47,060 bases of DNA from Thermoplasmatota archaeon (GCA_028716125.1 JAQUQK010000001.1:1-47060); one strand, 5' to 3'; shown: positions 9,347 to 19,677, counted from the first letter of the stretch. Program-made: numbers and translations. The notes: generated from the sequence alone by a model not told the origin.

Positions 9347-10852
9347 CTAATTCATCCATATCTCGATGCTGTGCGTTCCCGAAATATCGCCGGAGATGGA
9401 CTTTTCATTCTGCTCTTTTCCGTCGATTGCAAACTTTGCAATATTCAAACCGGAATCGTGGATTGTTATGTTTAGAATCGCATTTCTGTACGGAATGTTT
9501 GACAGGCGCGTTTCGCCTTTGAATTCTGATGGAACGCACAGGTCGAAGCTAATTCCCTCCTCTTCAAAATTCATCCCAAATATGCCCTGGTATATCATCG
9601 CCAGATAGCCCGCCTCGCTCCAAAGCTGGGTCCTTGAGCCGTCGACCTTTCCTCCGTTGGTGATATAGAATTCCATGAAGGTTCCGCCGCTCTTTGTCAA
9701 TTCGGAAAGCGCATCCAGTTCGTGTGCAAACAAGTCAACTCTATCGTATTTCGCTGCGCCAAGCGCCCAGTATCCCATTACAAAAGGCCAGATCTGCCCA
9801 TTATGGTAATAATCCGGGTCGTTGTATCGAGCCATATCATAACCGACAGTTTCGTCAAAAGGATCGTATTCGAACAGGATCCATTCGGTGAATTGCGGCC
9901 AGAGGCAGGGAATTCCATAATCTGAAACATATGTGCTCTCTAGAACTTTAGCCGCCCTTTCTTCATCCGCAATTCCAAAAAGCACGACCAGTGCTTCGCC
10001 AAGCCCTTCCATTCTGTCGCTCAGTGCTCCATTTTCATCTTTGTAATATGCGTAGAATCCGCTCTCCTCGATCCACAGGTTTTCGTTTATCGCAAGAGAG
10101 AGTTTCTCCGCTTTTTCAGCAAGCGCATCTGTTTCCTCTACGGGAGCGCCAAGTGACTGCCCCATCAGATTTGCGATTTTATATGCATTGTAATAAAGGG
10201 CGTTCGTGCTGAGCACTTTTGCGGCCCCCACTTTTTGGCCGTTGAATGCATAATCTATAGGATATGCGCTGTTCGATTCCATGAAACTGGAACAGCCCTT
10301 AAAAAGCCCGTCCTGGGAATCGAAGGCGTCGTTCTCGGCGTGCGCAAGCGAGTTCTTGATGACATCGTAAGAATACGCCAGGAAATCGCGGTCATTTGCG
10401 ATCTTGTAAAATTCCCATGCGCCGGTTGCCCAAACGATGGCGTCAGTCAAGTACGGCCAGCCGCCGAAGTGCCCGCAGCTGTCCTGAAGCGCAATCCTTT
10501 TTCCATCTGGAACCTCAGTGCAATACTCCAAAGTGCTTTTCGAAATTTCAGGATACAGCAGGCCAAGCGCCAGTTTTATGGAATACGAAGCGTCGCGCGT
10601 CCAGAGCTGGTCGTAGCCCTCGCCCGCAACAAAATATTTTCCTCCGGAGCCGTTATCCCTTATGTTGCTCTTGACTTCCTCAATTGCCAATTTGTAGATC
10701 TCGTTGCATATGGGCACGCTTGATGAGAACTGGAACGTTTCGCCGACAATCTCGGGAGCGCCTTGATTGGCGTTTTCGGAAACACACCCGGAAAAGACAA
10801 GCGATGTAAATGCGATTGCAGCAAACGCTGCCAAAATCATTGAATTTTTCAT
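9347..10852 (-). CDS. (alpha/alpha)6 six-hairpin glycoside hydrolase (GDB1/GDE_C-, GH63/GH100-like), lipoprotein
   Basis: Start moved to ATG 10852 (MKNSMIL...FSGC-VS). The tracked 10966 start would overlap the upstream gene and precede the signal peptide. Motifs YDQLWTRDASYS and GQIWPFVMGYWALG fit six-hairpin glycosidases. The exact family is uncertain. Confidence 0.65.
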   Translation of the reverse strand: MKNSMILAAFAAIAFTSLVFSGCVSENANQGAPEIVGETFQFSSSVPICNEIYKLAIEEVKSNIRDNGSGGKYFVAGEGYDQLWTRDASYSIKLALGLLYPEISKSTLEYCTEVPDGKRIALQDSCGHFGGWPYLTDAIVWATGAWEFYKIANDRDFLAYSYDVIKNSLAHAENDAFDSQDGLFKGCSSFMESNSAYPIDYAFNGQKVGAAKVLSTNALYYNAYKIANLMGQSLGAPVEETDALAEKAEKLSLAINENLWIEESGFYAYYKDENGALSDRMEGLGEALVVLFGIADEERAAKVLESTYVSDYGIPCLWPQFTEWILFEYDPFDETVGYDMARYNDPDYYHNGQIWPFVMGYWALGAAKYDRVDLFAHELDALSELTKSGGTFMEFYITNGGKVDGSRTQLWSEAGYLAMIYQGIFGMNFEEEGISFDLCVPSEFKGETRLSNIPYRNAILNITIHDSGLNIAKFAIDGKEQNEKSISGDISGTHSIEIWMN

Positions 10853-10937
10853 GTCTACACAACCATAGGCCAGAGCATGAAAAGAGATTGCAAGATTATA
10901 AATTTTGGCCAGAGCGAAGAAAATTTCAGAAAGCTGT

Positions 10938-10946
10938 AAAAAAAAA
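10938..10946 (-). terminator. oligo-T terminator (T9 on the transcribed strand)
   Basis: A run of 9 A on the + strand directly abuts the amidohydrolase stop codon (10947-10949). A TATA-like AAAATTTATAATC (10894-10906, minus strand) follows for the next gene. Confidence 0.55.
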
Positions 10947-12473
10947 TCAGTTGAAAGCGCCCGCAATCCCGCTGTCCGGCGAAACGTACATAGGCGCTCC
11001 GCCCACCATCGTCATTTCCACTGTTGTATTCATTATTTCATTCGGCGGAATGCTCAGTATGTTCTGCGACAAGACAACAATGTCGGCAAGTTTTCCCGGC
11101 GTTATGGAGCCTTTCTCGTTTTCCTCAAATGAATTGTATGCGCTGTCTATAGTTATAAGTCTGAGCGCCTGCTCTACGGTAATGCGCTGTTCCGGATGCC
11201 ATCCTCCTTCAGGATATCCGTCCACTTCCTGGCGCGTTACTATGCGCTGTATGCCCCACAGCGGAGAAAGAGTCTCTACATTGAAATCCGAGCCGCCTGC
11301 GCATTGGATTCCTTCATCAAGCAAGGTTTTCCACGGATATGACCATTTTGCCCTTTCGGCACCGAGCGCGTCCTCGGCAAACCTCATGTCGGTGGTCGCA
11401 AATGAAAGCTGTATCGAAGGTATTGCGCCAACTTCCTTTATCTTTTCAATAAGCTCCGACGAAAGCACCTGGCAGTGCTCAAGAGTGGGCCGCAAGTCTC
11501 TTCCCGGAAATTCATTCATTGCATTCTCATATGCATTCAGGAAGACGTCTATTGCCCTGTCGCCGATTGTGTGCGTTGCAATCTTATATCCTGCTTGGTA
11601 TGCCTTGAGAACGTCTGCGTTGGCCTTGTCCTGCTCCATGAAAAGAATGCCGTCGCTCCACATCGCCTGCCACGGATACATGGTGTCGTTGAAAGGCTCG
11701 AGAAGAGCGCATGTCCTTGGGCCAAGCCAGCCGTCGCCGTAGAATTTCACCCCTAGAACGCGCACCCAATTGTCGCCATCGCCCATTTTTGTGCCGCGCT
11801 CCATCATCTCGTCAAGGTGGCGCGACGCAAGGTAAAGCTCGAAGCGCACTTTCAGCTCTCCGCTCTGGTTGAGCATGTTGAGCGCATCCAGGTATTCCCA
11901 GTCAGTTCCGGCCTCAAATATGGTAGTCAGCCCCATCTTCAGCGCTTCTTCCATCCCTAACTTAATGCCAGGAAGCATCTGCTCCACAGTAGGCAGGCGC
12001 AGGGACGATGCGCCTACCGGCATGTCCGTTGGAGTGCTGTTCGCAAGTTTTGTGGCGACGTGCGTGGAGCCGATTGCACCCCTTGTCAAGTATGCCTGAT
12101 ATTCATTGTAGCCCGAATAAGACGGCGCGAACGGATTTCCAGTCGAAGAGTTTGCCGTTGCCGCAGTGGCGAGAAAATGGGTGTGAGAATCCTCAAATCC
12201 AGGAACTGCAAGCCTTCCTCCAAGGTCTACTGTCTTTGTGGACGGCCCAGTGTAATCGGCGGCCTTTGCGCTGCTGCCGACGAAGATTATCCTGTCGCCC
12301 TTTATGGCGACCGCTTCCGCATACAGCATGTTGTCGTCGGCGGTCCATATCTTGCCATTCGTGAGTATGATGCCCGCCTGCTCGCCCGACGACTCGCGAT
12401 CTCCTTGGATGCAGCCCGAAAAGGCGGCGAAGACCGCACCAATTGCAAGAAACAACACGGCAGCCCGTCTCAT
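10947..12473 (-). CDS. metal-dependent amidohydrolase (Amidohydro_3 family), lipoprotein
   Basis: 508 aa. MRRAAVLF...AAFSGC-IQ. Contains ILTNGKIWT...AIKGDRIIFVG...GRLAVPGFEDSHTHF, the classic His-x-His metal motif. Confidence 0.8.
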   Translation of the reverse strand: MRRAAVLFLAIGAVFAAFSGCIQGDRESSGEQAGIILTNGKIWTADDNMLYAEAVAIKGDRIIFVGSSAKAADYTGPSTKTVDLGGRLAVPGFEDSHTHFLATAATANSSTGNPFAPSYSGYNEYQAYLTRGAIGSTHVATKLANSTPTDMPVGASSLRLPTVEQMLPGIKLGMEEALKMGLTTIFEAGTDWEYLDALNMLNQSGELKVRFELYLASRHLDEMMERGTKMGDGDNWVRVLGVKFYGDGWLGPRTCALLEPFNDTMYPWQAMWSDGILFMEQDKANADVLKAYQAGYKIATHTIGDRAIDVFLNAYENAMNEFPGRDLRPTLEHCQVLSSELIEKIKEVGAIPSIQLSFATTDMRFAEDALGAERAKWSYPWKTLLDEGIQCAGGSDFNVETLSPLWGIQRIVTRQEVDGYPEGGWHPEQRITVEQALRLITIDSAYNSFEENEKGSITPGKLADIVVLSQNILSIPPNEIMNTTVEMTMVGGAPMYVSPDSGIAGAFN

Positions 12474-12476
12474 GCT

Positions 12477-12899
12477 TTATCTCCAATGCTCCCTCATAAT
12501 CAGTCTTGTCTTTGTCGAGGCAACATTCTCAAGCCTGCGTATTTCCTCGACTATGGAATTCAGCTCGAGCGTCGACATTACGTCCACTATTGCAACTATG
12601 TCTTCTTCGCCGGAAACCTCGTAAACAACGTCAACGCCCTTCATCTTCATTATCCTTGATGCCACGTTCGAGGTGTCAACGTTCATCCCGATCTTGACGT
12701 CTATGAGCGCCTTTATGTTGCCCGCGGCGACCTTTACTGTGAATGCCTTTATCGAGCCTTCGGAAAGCATCCTGTTGACCCTTGCCCTCACCATCCCCTC
12801 GGATGCGCCTATGTTCTTTGCGATTTCAATGTAAGGCGTCCTTGCGTTCTGCCTGAGTGCCTTCAGTATTTGTTCGTCTGTGGAATCCATGCAAATCAC
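12477..12899 (-). CDS. Lrp/AsnC family transcriptional regulator
   Basis: HTH region DEQILKALRQNARTPYIEIAKNIGASEGMVRARVNRM plus a C-terminal RAM domain. The tracked start is GTG; ATG at 12890 (MDSTDE) is more likely. A 3-nt gap separates it from the amidohydrolase. Confidence 0.9.
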   Translation of the reverse strand: MICMDSTDEQILKALRQNARTPYIEIAKNIGASEGMVRARVNRMLSEGSIKAFTVKVAAGNIKALIDVKIGMNVDTSNVASRIMKMKGVDVVYEVSGEEDIVAIVDVMSTLELNSIVEEIRRLENVASTKTRLIMREHWR

Positions 12900-13007
12900 T
12901 GCAAATTTCGCTCTAATATTGGCAAGATATACAAAAAATGGATATAAATCTAACTGTTTTCGTAAAATTAATACGAAATTCGTATAAACTTCTAAATGGA
13001 AAGTTGG

Positions 13008-13013
13008 AAAAAA
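13008..13013 (-). terminator. oligo-T tract (T6) directly after the M14 carboxypeptidase stop
   Basis: A6 on the + strand abuts the stop codon at 13014-13016. A 7-bp hairpin TTTCGTA/TACGAAA lies at about 12956-12976. Confidence 0.4.
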
Positions 13014-14108
13014 TTACAGTATGCTTCCTCCGTCGACTCCTAAATCGACCTTTATTTCCGTGGACGGGTTTTCCCACGCGTAGAGTTCTGGCGAAACTTC
13101 AAGAAGGTAAATTATGGTGGGCAGCGAGGCGCGAACCCAGTAGTTCATGTCGCTTGGAGTCATTGATGCATTGTACAGTTCGAGCAGGAAAGACGGCACG
13201 CGGTGCCTCATGTAGCACCAGTCCTTGGCTTCCCCGCTTGAATAATATGCGCCTACTGAAAATTCGGACCAGTCCGACGGATACATGCCGCTTCCTGTAG
13301 CGCTGTATATCGTGTTCTCCATCACCCATTTGAAGACAGTGTGGAACAATTCCCTGTCTTTTTCCGGAACGTCGAAAGGCGGGTTTGCCGCGTCCCACGG
13401 GCTGATAAAGCAGAATGCGTTGGTATGCATGTTGAAGTAGAATGCGAAATTGCCGTTGCTGTCGCACACGTCCATGAAGTCGCGCATCGCGCAGGATTCC
13501 GGTTCCGAGAATGCGGAGGGGCCGCAGTTTTCCAACGGATGCCCGGTGCCAAGCGGGTCCGGAACCGACATTCCTATCGGGTTGCCCCAGTCTATGTCGT
13601 AGTTCCTGTTGATATCGATGCCGTTGGCATTTTCCCTTGTGCCCGCTTCGCGCCCGTCGGGATTTGCGACGGGAATTATGTTTATTATGTTGGAATCGAC
13701 AAGTTCGCGGATTGTGGCGTTGGTCTTGTAATTTGACAGAAGATAATTCATCAGCACGATGCAGGTTTCTTCTCCCGCCGTCTCGGTTCCATGCATGCAG
13801 CCGTCTATGAGGCATTCAAGTTTTCCACCTGTGATTTTTTCGTTTGTTATCCGTATGCACCATATGTCGCGGCTTTCTACGCTCTTGCCAATTGAAAACA
13901 CTTCAACTAAATCCGGATATTCGGCGTTCAGGCCGTTTATCATTTCAACCATTTCGCCGTAGGTGTGCTCCTGCTTTTCAGGACTAATCACCGGAACCAC
14001 GGCAGGCGAATCGGAAAAATCTCCAGAGGATTCACCAAACTGTCCAACGCATCCTGCTATTGCCGCAAAAACCATCGAGGCTGCAAGCATCAACGACACA
14101 TATTTCAT
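13014..14108 (-). CDS. M14 family zinc carboxypeptidase, lipoprotein (paralog 1)
   Basis: 364 aa. Lipobox AAIAGC-VG. Zn/catalytic motifs HGTE, NPDGRE, NANGIDINRNYDIDW, NMHT and LLELY are all present. Confidence 0.85.
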   Translation of the reverse strand: MKYVSLMLAASMVFAAIAGCVGQFGESSGDFSDSPAVVPVISPEKQEHTYGEMVEMINGLNAEYPDLVEVFSIGKSVESRDIWCIRITNEKITGGKLECLIDGCMHGTETAGEETCIVLMNYLLSNYKTNATIRELVDSNIINIIPVANPDGREAGTRENANGIDINRNYDIDWGNPIGMSVPDPLGTGHPLENCGPSAFSEPESCAMRDFMDVCDSNGNFAFYFNMHTNAFCFISPWDAANPPFDVPEKDRELFHTVFKWVMENTIYSATGSGMYPSDWSEFSVGAYYSSGEAKDWCYMRHRVPSFLLELYNASMTPSDMNYWVRASLPTIIYLLEVSPELYAWENPSTEIKVDLGVDGGSIL

Positions 14109-14126
14109 TTCATCATCTCTTTACAT

Positions 14127-15215
14127 TCAATTTCGAGGGGGCGTGCCCTCGGGAAAAATGGGAGTAATGTCCGGCGTTCTCCAATTGAGGAAATTCTCTG
14201 CGTTTGCCAGCATATACATTCCTACCGGCAGAGTTGCCTTCATCCAGTGCGTAAGATTTGCGTGGGTGGCCACCGACCCTTGCGAAAGCTCCATCGTGAA
14301 CGACGCCACGCCATGTCGCATGTAGCACCAGTCGCCAGCGGTTCCGCTTGCAGGCATCGGCTGGCCGCCCGTTTCATTGAGCCACTGGGTGCGCCCGGCC
14401 TCGTATTCCGTATGATCCCTGACCCATTGGAACGTATGTTCAATTAAATCGTAGTCGCGCTGCGGCATCTCGAAAGGCGCCCTCGCGCAGCTCCAGCATC
14501 CGAGGAGCGCATGGTTAGCAGTATGGCACGGCATATAGAATGCGAAATTCTTGTTGTGAAGCGTTTCCATGAAGTCGCGCATGGCGCAAGTTTCCGGCTC
14601 GGAGAACGGCTCCGGCCCGCAGTTTTCGAACGTGTGCCCGGTAAGCCCCATTGGATCTATGATGCTGCTTCCTTCCGGATTTCCCCAGTCTATGTCGTAA
14701 TTCCTGTTTATGTTGACGCTGTTCGCATTGTGGCGCGTGTCTGCTTCCCTGCCGTCGGGGTTCACAATCGGAATCACATATATTTCCTTGCCACCCACAA
14801 GCCCAGTCGCAGTGCCATTCTTGCCGTAGTTTTCAAGAAGAAATTGCGTGAAATACAGGCAAAATTCTGTTGCCTCCCATTCGTCGCCGTGGGTGCATCC
14901 ATCGATCAGGCAGGACATTTTCTCGCCTGTATCGTTCTCATCGGTGATTTTCATGCACCACAATTCCCTGTCCTGAACACTCGTTCCTATAGAGAAAACT
15001 TCAACCATTTGCGGATATTTTTCGCCTGTTTCGAACATCCAGGATTTTGTCTCCTCGTAATTGTGGTAAACGTCGTCCTTCCAATCCGGCAAAACCATCG
15101 GTAAATCTTGTGATTCGCCGGACTTTTCGGATAAGCCCGGTTCTTGGATGCATCCCGCCAAGCCTGCCACTAGCAGAAGCATGAAAATTGCCGCTGCCGC
15201 CAAGTTGCTTTTCAT
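14127..15215 (-). CDS. M14 family zinc carboxypeptidase, lipoprotein (paralog 2)
   Basis: 362 aa. Lipobox AGLAGC-IQ. Motifs HGDE, NPDGRE, NANSVNINRNYDIDW, PCHT and TMELS. GGTGA Shine-Dalgarno sequence about 6 nt upstream. Confidence 0.85.
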   Translation of the reverse strand: MKSNLAAAAIFMLLLVAGLAGCIQEPGLSEKSGESQDLPMVLPDWKDDVYHNYEETKSWMFETGEKYPQMVEVFSIGTSVQDRELWCMKITDENDTGEKMSCLIDGCTHGDEWEATEFCLYFTQFLLENYGKNGTATGLVGGKEIYVIPIVNPDGREADTRHNANSVNINRNYDIDWGNPEGSSIIDPMGLTGHTFENCGPEPFSEPETCAMRDFMETLHNKNFAFYMPCHTANHALLGCWSCARAPFEMPQRDYDLIEHTFQWVRDHTEYEAGRTQWLNETGGQPMPASGTAGDWCYMRHGVASFTMELSQGSVATHANLTHWMKATLPVGMYMLANAENFLNWRTPDITPIFPEGTPPRN

Positions 15216-15373
15216 ATTCTCACCTTTCTTTCAGTCTGCAAAAAATTATCGCCTGCTACTGCAAGATGCGTCGCGCCCGGTTTAAGCGTGCTTGGCATCG
15301 CCGCGGCCAGAGGCGCAATTATCGGCAGCAAGGCCACTAATAAAGATGCGAATGCCAGATGCGCAAATTCCAT
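15212..15373 (-). CDS. small hydrophobic ORF (53 aa), not in the ORF track
   Basis: My own translation: MEFAHLAFASLLVALLPIIAPLAAAMPSTLKPGATHLAVAGDNFLQTERKVRI*. Its TGA overlaps the carboxypeptidase ATG as ATGA (15212-15215). A TATA box is centred about 27 nt upstream of its ATG. Confidence 0.35.
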   Translation of the reverse strand: MEFAHLAFASLLVALLPIIAPLAAAMPSTLKPGATHLAVAGDNFLQTERKVRI

Positions 15374-15396
15374 AATTTGAATATTATCGGATTTCC

Positions 15397-15404
15397 TTAT
15401 ATAA
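15397..15404 (-). promoter_or_regulatory. TATA box (TTATATAA) for the sORF-M14-M14 unit
   Basis: The minus strand reads ACATAATTATATAAGGAAATCCGATAATATTCAAATT-ATG. The TATA spans -31 to -24 relative to the sORF ATG, which fits a leaderless geometry. Confidence 0.5.
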
Positions 15405-15488
15405 TTATGTTGTCAAAAATTTCGTCAAAATGTCAAAATTAAGTCTAAAAATATGCATTAAATAGACATTATGTTAATTATGTCAAAA
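15404..15488. repeat. AT-rich island with direct (T/C)GTCAAAA repeats
   Basis: TGTCAAAA at 15411, CGTCAAAA at 15423, TGTCAAAA at 15431 and 15481. AATTATGT(TG)TCAAAA occurs at 15403 and again at 15475, about 72 bp apart. GC content is far below the surrounding roughly 50%. Confidence 0.6.
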
Positions 15489-15507
15489 CAAAAACAAATT
15501 TTAGAAG

Positions 15508-15611
15508 TCCCGCCTCCCAGACTCGAACTGGGGATCCCCCGGTATCTACCGGGTATTAGCACACCCGTGTGGGTCTACAGCCAGGTGCTCTAACCACTAA
15601 GCTAAGGCGGG
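15508..15611 (-). tRNA. tRNA-Tyr (anticodon GTA) with a 31-nt intron at the canonical 37/38 position (intron 15544..15574)
   Basis: Hand-folded: acceptor CCCGCCT/AGGCGGG, D arm GCTT-AGTGGTTA-GAGC, anticodon stem CCTGG/CCGGG, loop CT-GTA-G|intron|A, variable loop GGATC, T arm CCCAG-TTCGAGT-CTGGG, discriminator A. C1-G72 plus A73 is the archaeal Tyr identity set. No encoded CCA. Confidence 0.85.
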
Positions 15612-15736
15612 TTTGCGGCTGTTTCCTTGCACCGAATCATTAATCGTTTTAAATCTGTTGCCCTTGGCCGAGGAAGTAAAAATATGCAAAAATAGCATAT
15701 TGCGCCTTAAGGCAAAAGCCGAACCATTTGCAACAG

Positions 15737-15748
15737 TTTTTTTATAGA
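15737..15748 (+). promoter_or_regulatory. TATA box (TTTTTATAGATA)
   Basis: Centred about 26 nt upstream of ATG 15769, so the gene is probably leaderless. Confidence 0.45.
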
Positions 15749-15768
15749 TATGAGCAATATGCATTTCG

Positions 15769-16251
15769 ATGAAAAATGTGCATCTAGCGATTTTCGCGGC
15801 CTGCCTCGTGACATTGTGCACATTTTCGGGTTGCGTGGGCGTTGGCGGCTTTAACATGCCAATATCAGACGGGAGCGGAGATGACATATTGATGCTGATT
15901 GTCTTCGCAATATTCTGGCTTGCCATCTCAACACCAATAGCAATCTGGACATACTTCAACGCCAAGAAAAGAGGCATGAGCAAAACATCCTGGTTTTTTG
16001 CGGTTATGGTGGGCGGAATAATCGGATTGGCGTTCTACATAAGCGCAAGAAAAGATTGCCAGATAAAAACAGATGCGCCGCTGGAAATGGAAGCGCAAGA
16101 AATTCAAAATGAAACAGAAACAGTAAAAGAAATTGCAAAATGCCCGGAATGCGGCACAGAACTGGAAATAGAATATTCCTCGCCAGACTCCAAGCCATTC
16201 AAATGCCCAAATTGCGGGGCGGAATTGAAGCTCACTTCAGCTTCTTCTTGA
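15769..16251 (+). CDS. membrane lipoprotein with PLDc_N-like TM hairpin and C-terminal zinc ribbon
   Basis: 160 aa. Lipobox CTFSGC-VG. TM hairpin IAIWTYFNAKKRGMSKTSWFFAVMVGGIIGLAFYISARK. Cytoplasmic CPECG...17 aa...CPNCG. Confidence 0.6.
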   Translation: MKNVHLAIFAACLVTLCTFSGCVGVGGFNMPISDGSGDDILMLIVFAIFWLAISTPIAIWTYFNAKKRGMSKTSWFFAVMVGGIIGLAFYISARKDCQIKTDAPLEMEAQEIQNETETVKEIAKCPECGTELEIEYSSPDSKPFKCPNCGAELKLTSASS

Positions 16252-17179
16252 GCTCTCTTATCATTTCCTCGGTCATCTTCTTGATGTCGTATTCTGGCTT
16301 CCAGCCCCATTCGTTCCTTGCGGCGCTATCGTCCAGGGAGCGCGGCCACGAGTCGGCAATCTTCTGGCGGAAGTCGGGCTTGTATGTGACTTTTAATTCG
16401 GGTATTATCTTCTGGATTTCGGCTGCAAGTTCCTTTGCGGAGAAACTCATAGCGGCGACGTTGTAGTCGCAGTGGTGCTTGAGATTCTTTATGTCGGCTT
16501 CCGCGAGATCCATCAGAACCTTGATTGCATCAGGCATGTACATCATCGGCAGGACGGTATCCTCGCGCACGAAGCATTCGTACTTGCCATATTTTATCGC
16601 GTCGTAGAAAATTGCGACTGCATAATCAGTGGTGCCGCCACCGGGGGGCGTCTTCCAGCTTATGATTCCAGGGAAGCGCACTCCCCTGACGTCAAGGCCG
16701 TACTTTGTGAAATAATAATTTCCAAGAAGCTCGCCCGCGACCTTGCTGACGCCGTACATCGTTGAGGGGCGCAGTATTGTCTCATTGGGGGTATTGTCCT
16801 TTGGTGTGTCTGGACCGAATGCCGCAATGGAGCTTGGGACTATTATTTTCTGAATCTTGCGGTCGCGCCCGACTTCAAGGACGTTGTACATCCCGATTAT
16901 ATTCACGTTGAATGCCAGTTGAGGGTTCTGCTCGCCCTTTGCGGAAAGTATTGCCGCAAGATGGAATATAGTGTCAATCTTGTGCTTGTCCACGACATTC
17001 TCTATGCTCGTCCTGCTGGTTACGTCGACTATTTCGTACGGCCCCTCCTTCATGACTTCGGGATCCGGCGTCTTCAAATCCGACGCCACCACGCTGTTCC
17101 TTCCATACTTCTTCCTGAGCTCGACTACGAGTTCCGAGCCTATCTGGCCAAGCGCTCCCGTGACAAGGATATTCTTCAT
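16232..17179 (-). CDS. NAD-dependent epimerase/dehydratase (extended SDR), probably L-threonine 3-dehydrogenase type
   Basis: 315 aa. Contains MKNILVTGALGQIGSELV...FHLAAILSAKGEQNP...YGVSK. This resembles the UDP-glucose-4-epimerase-like TDH subgroup. The 3' end overlaps the convergent gene by 20 nt. Confidence 0.7.
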   Translation of the reverse strand: MKNILVTGALGQIGSELVVELRKKYGRNSVVASDLKTPDPEVMKEGPYEIVDVTSRTSIENVVDKHKIDTIFHLAAILSAKGEQNPQLAFNVNIIGMYNVLEVGRDRKIQKIIVPSSIAAFGPDTPKDNTPNETILRPSTMYGVSKVAGELLGNYYFTKYGLDVRGVRFPGIISWKTPPGGGTTDYAVAIFYDAIKYGKYECFVREDTVLPMMYMPDAIKVLMDLAEADIKNLKHHCDYNVAAMSFSAKELAAEIQKIIPELKVTYKPDFRQKIADSWPRSLDDSAARNEWGWKPEYDIKKMTEEMIRELKKKLK

Positions 17180-17240
17180 AGCAAACCACCGTGTGCAAGC
17201 CGTGCATCGAAAATGGGATTAAAAGGTGTTGGTAAGCCTC

Positions 17241-17296
17241 CTTTCTTTTCTTCTACATAGTCGCTCACAAGTTCGCTCCTGCATAAGAAAAGAAAG
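17241..17296. repeat. perfect 12-bp inverted repeat CTTTCTTTTCTT / AAGAAAAGAAAG with a 32-nt spacer
   Basis: Arms at 17241-17252 and 17285-17296, between the gap-pgk 3' end and the SDR gene 5' end. Confidence 0.7.
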
Positions 17297-17304
17297 TAGC
17301 CTTG

Positions 17305-17335
17305 GGAGTCAAAGAAAAGAAAAATAATAAAAGGA
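17305..17335 (-). terminator. oligo-T terminator of gap-pgk
   Basis: The minus strand reads TTTTATTATTTTTCTTTTCTTT directly after the stop codon at 17338-17340. Confidence 0.5.
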
Positions 17336-17337
17336 TT

Positions 17338-19677
<2,340 letters not shown>

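Noticed and set aside
10810-11742. Long antisense ORFs (also 13099-13815, 17378-18112, 22738-23706, 31275-31994, 32609-33328)
   Set aside because: Each lies fully opposite a gene with strong family motifs. Their translations are low-complexity (Ser/Pro/Arg-rich) with no recognisable domains. This is typical shadow-ORF behaviour at about 50% GC.
15370-15500. Replication origin (AT-rich with repeats)
   Set aside because: No orc1/cdc6 gene is adjacent. The repeats are short direct copies rather than ORB-like inverted boxes. The region is adequately explained as promoter or upstream DNA.
13014-15611. Integrated mobile element at the tRNA-Tyr 3' end
   Set aside because: No integrase, transposase or viral or plasmid genes flank the tRNA. 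I could not find a second copy of the tRNA 3' half in the window. The adjacent genes are ordinary secreted hydrolases. This remains only a low-priority check.
15597-15983. 128-aa minus-strand ORF
   Set aside because: Its 3' end overlaps the tRNA-Tyr gene, and most of it is antisense to the well-supported lipoprotein gene and its promoter. It has no recognisable domain.
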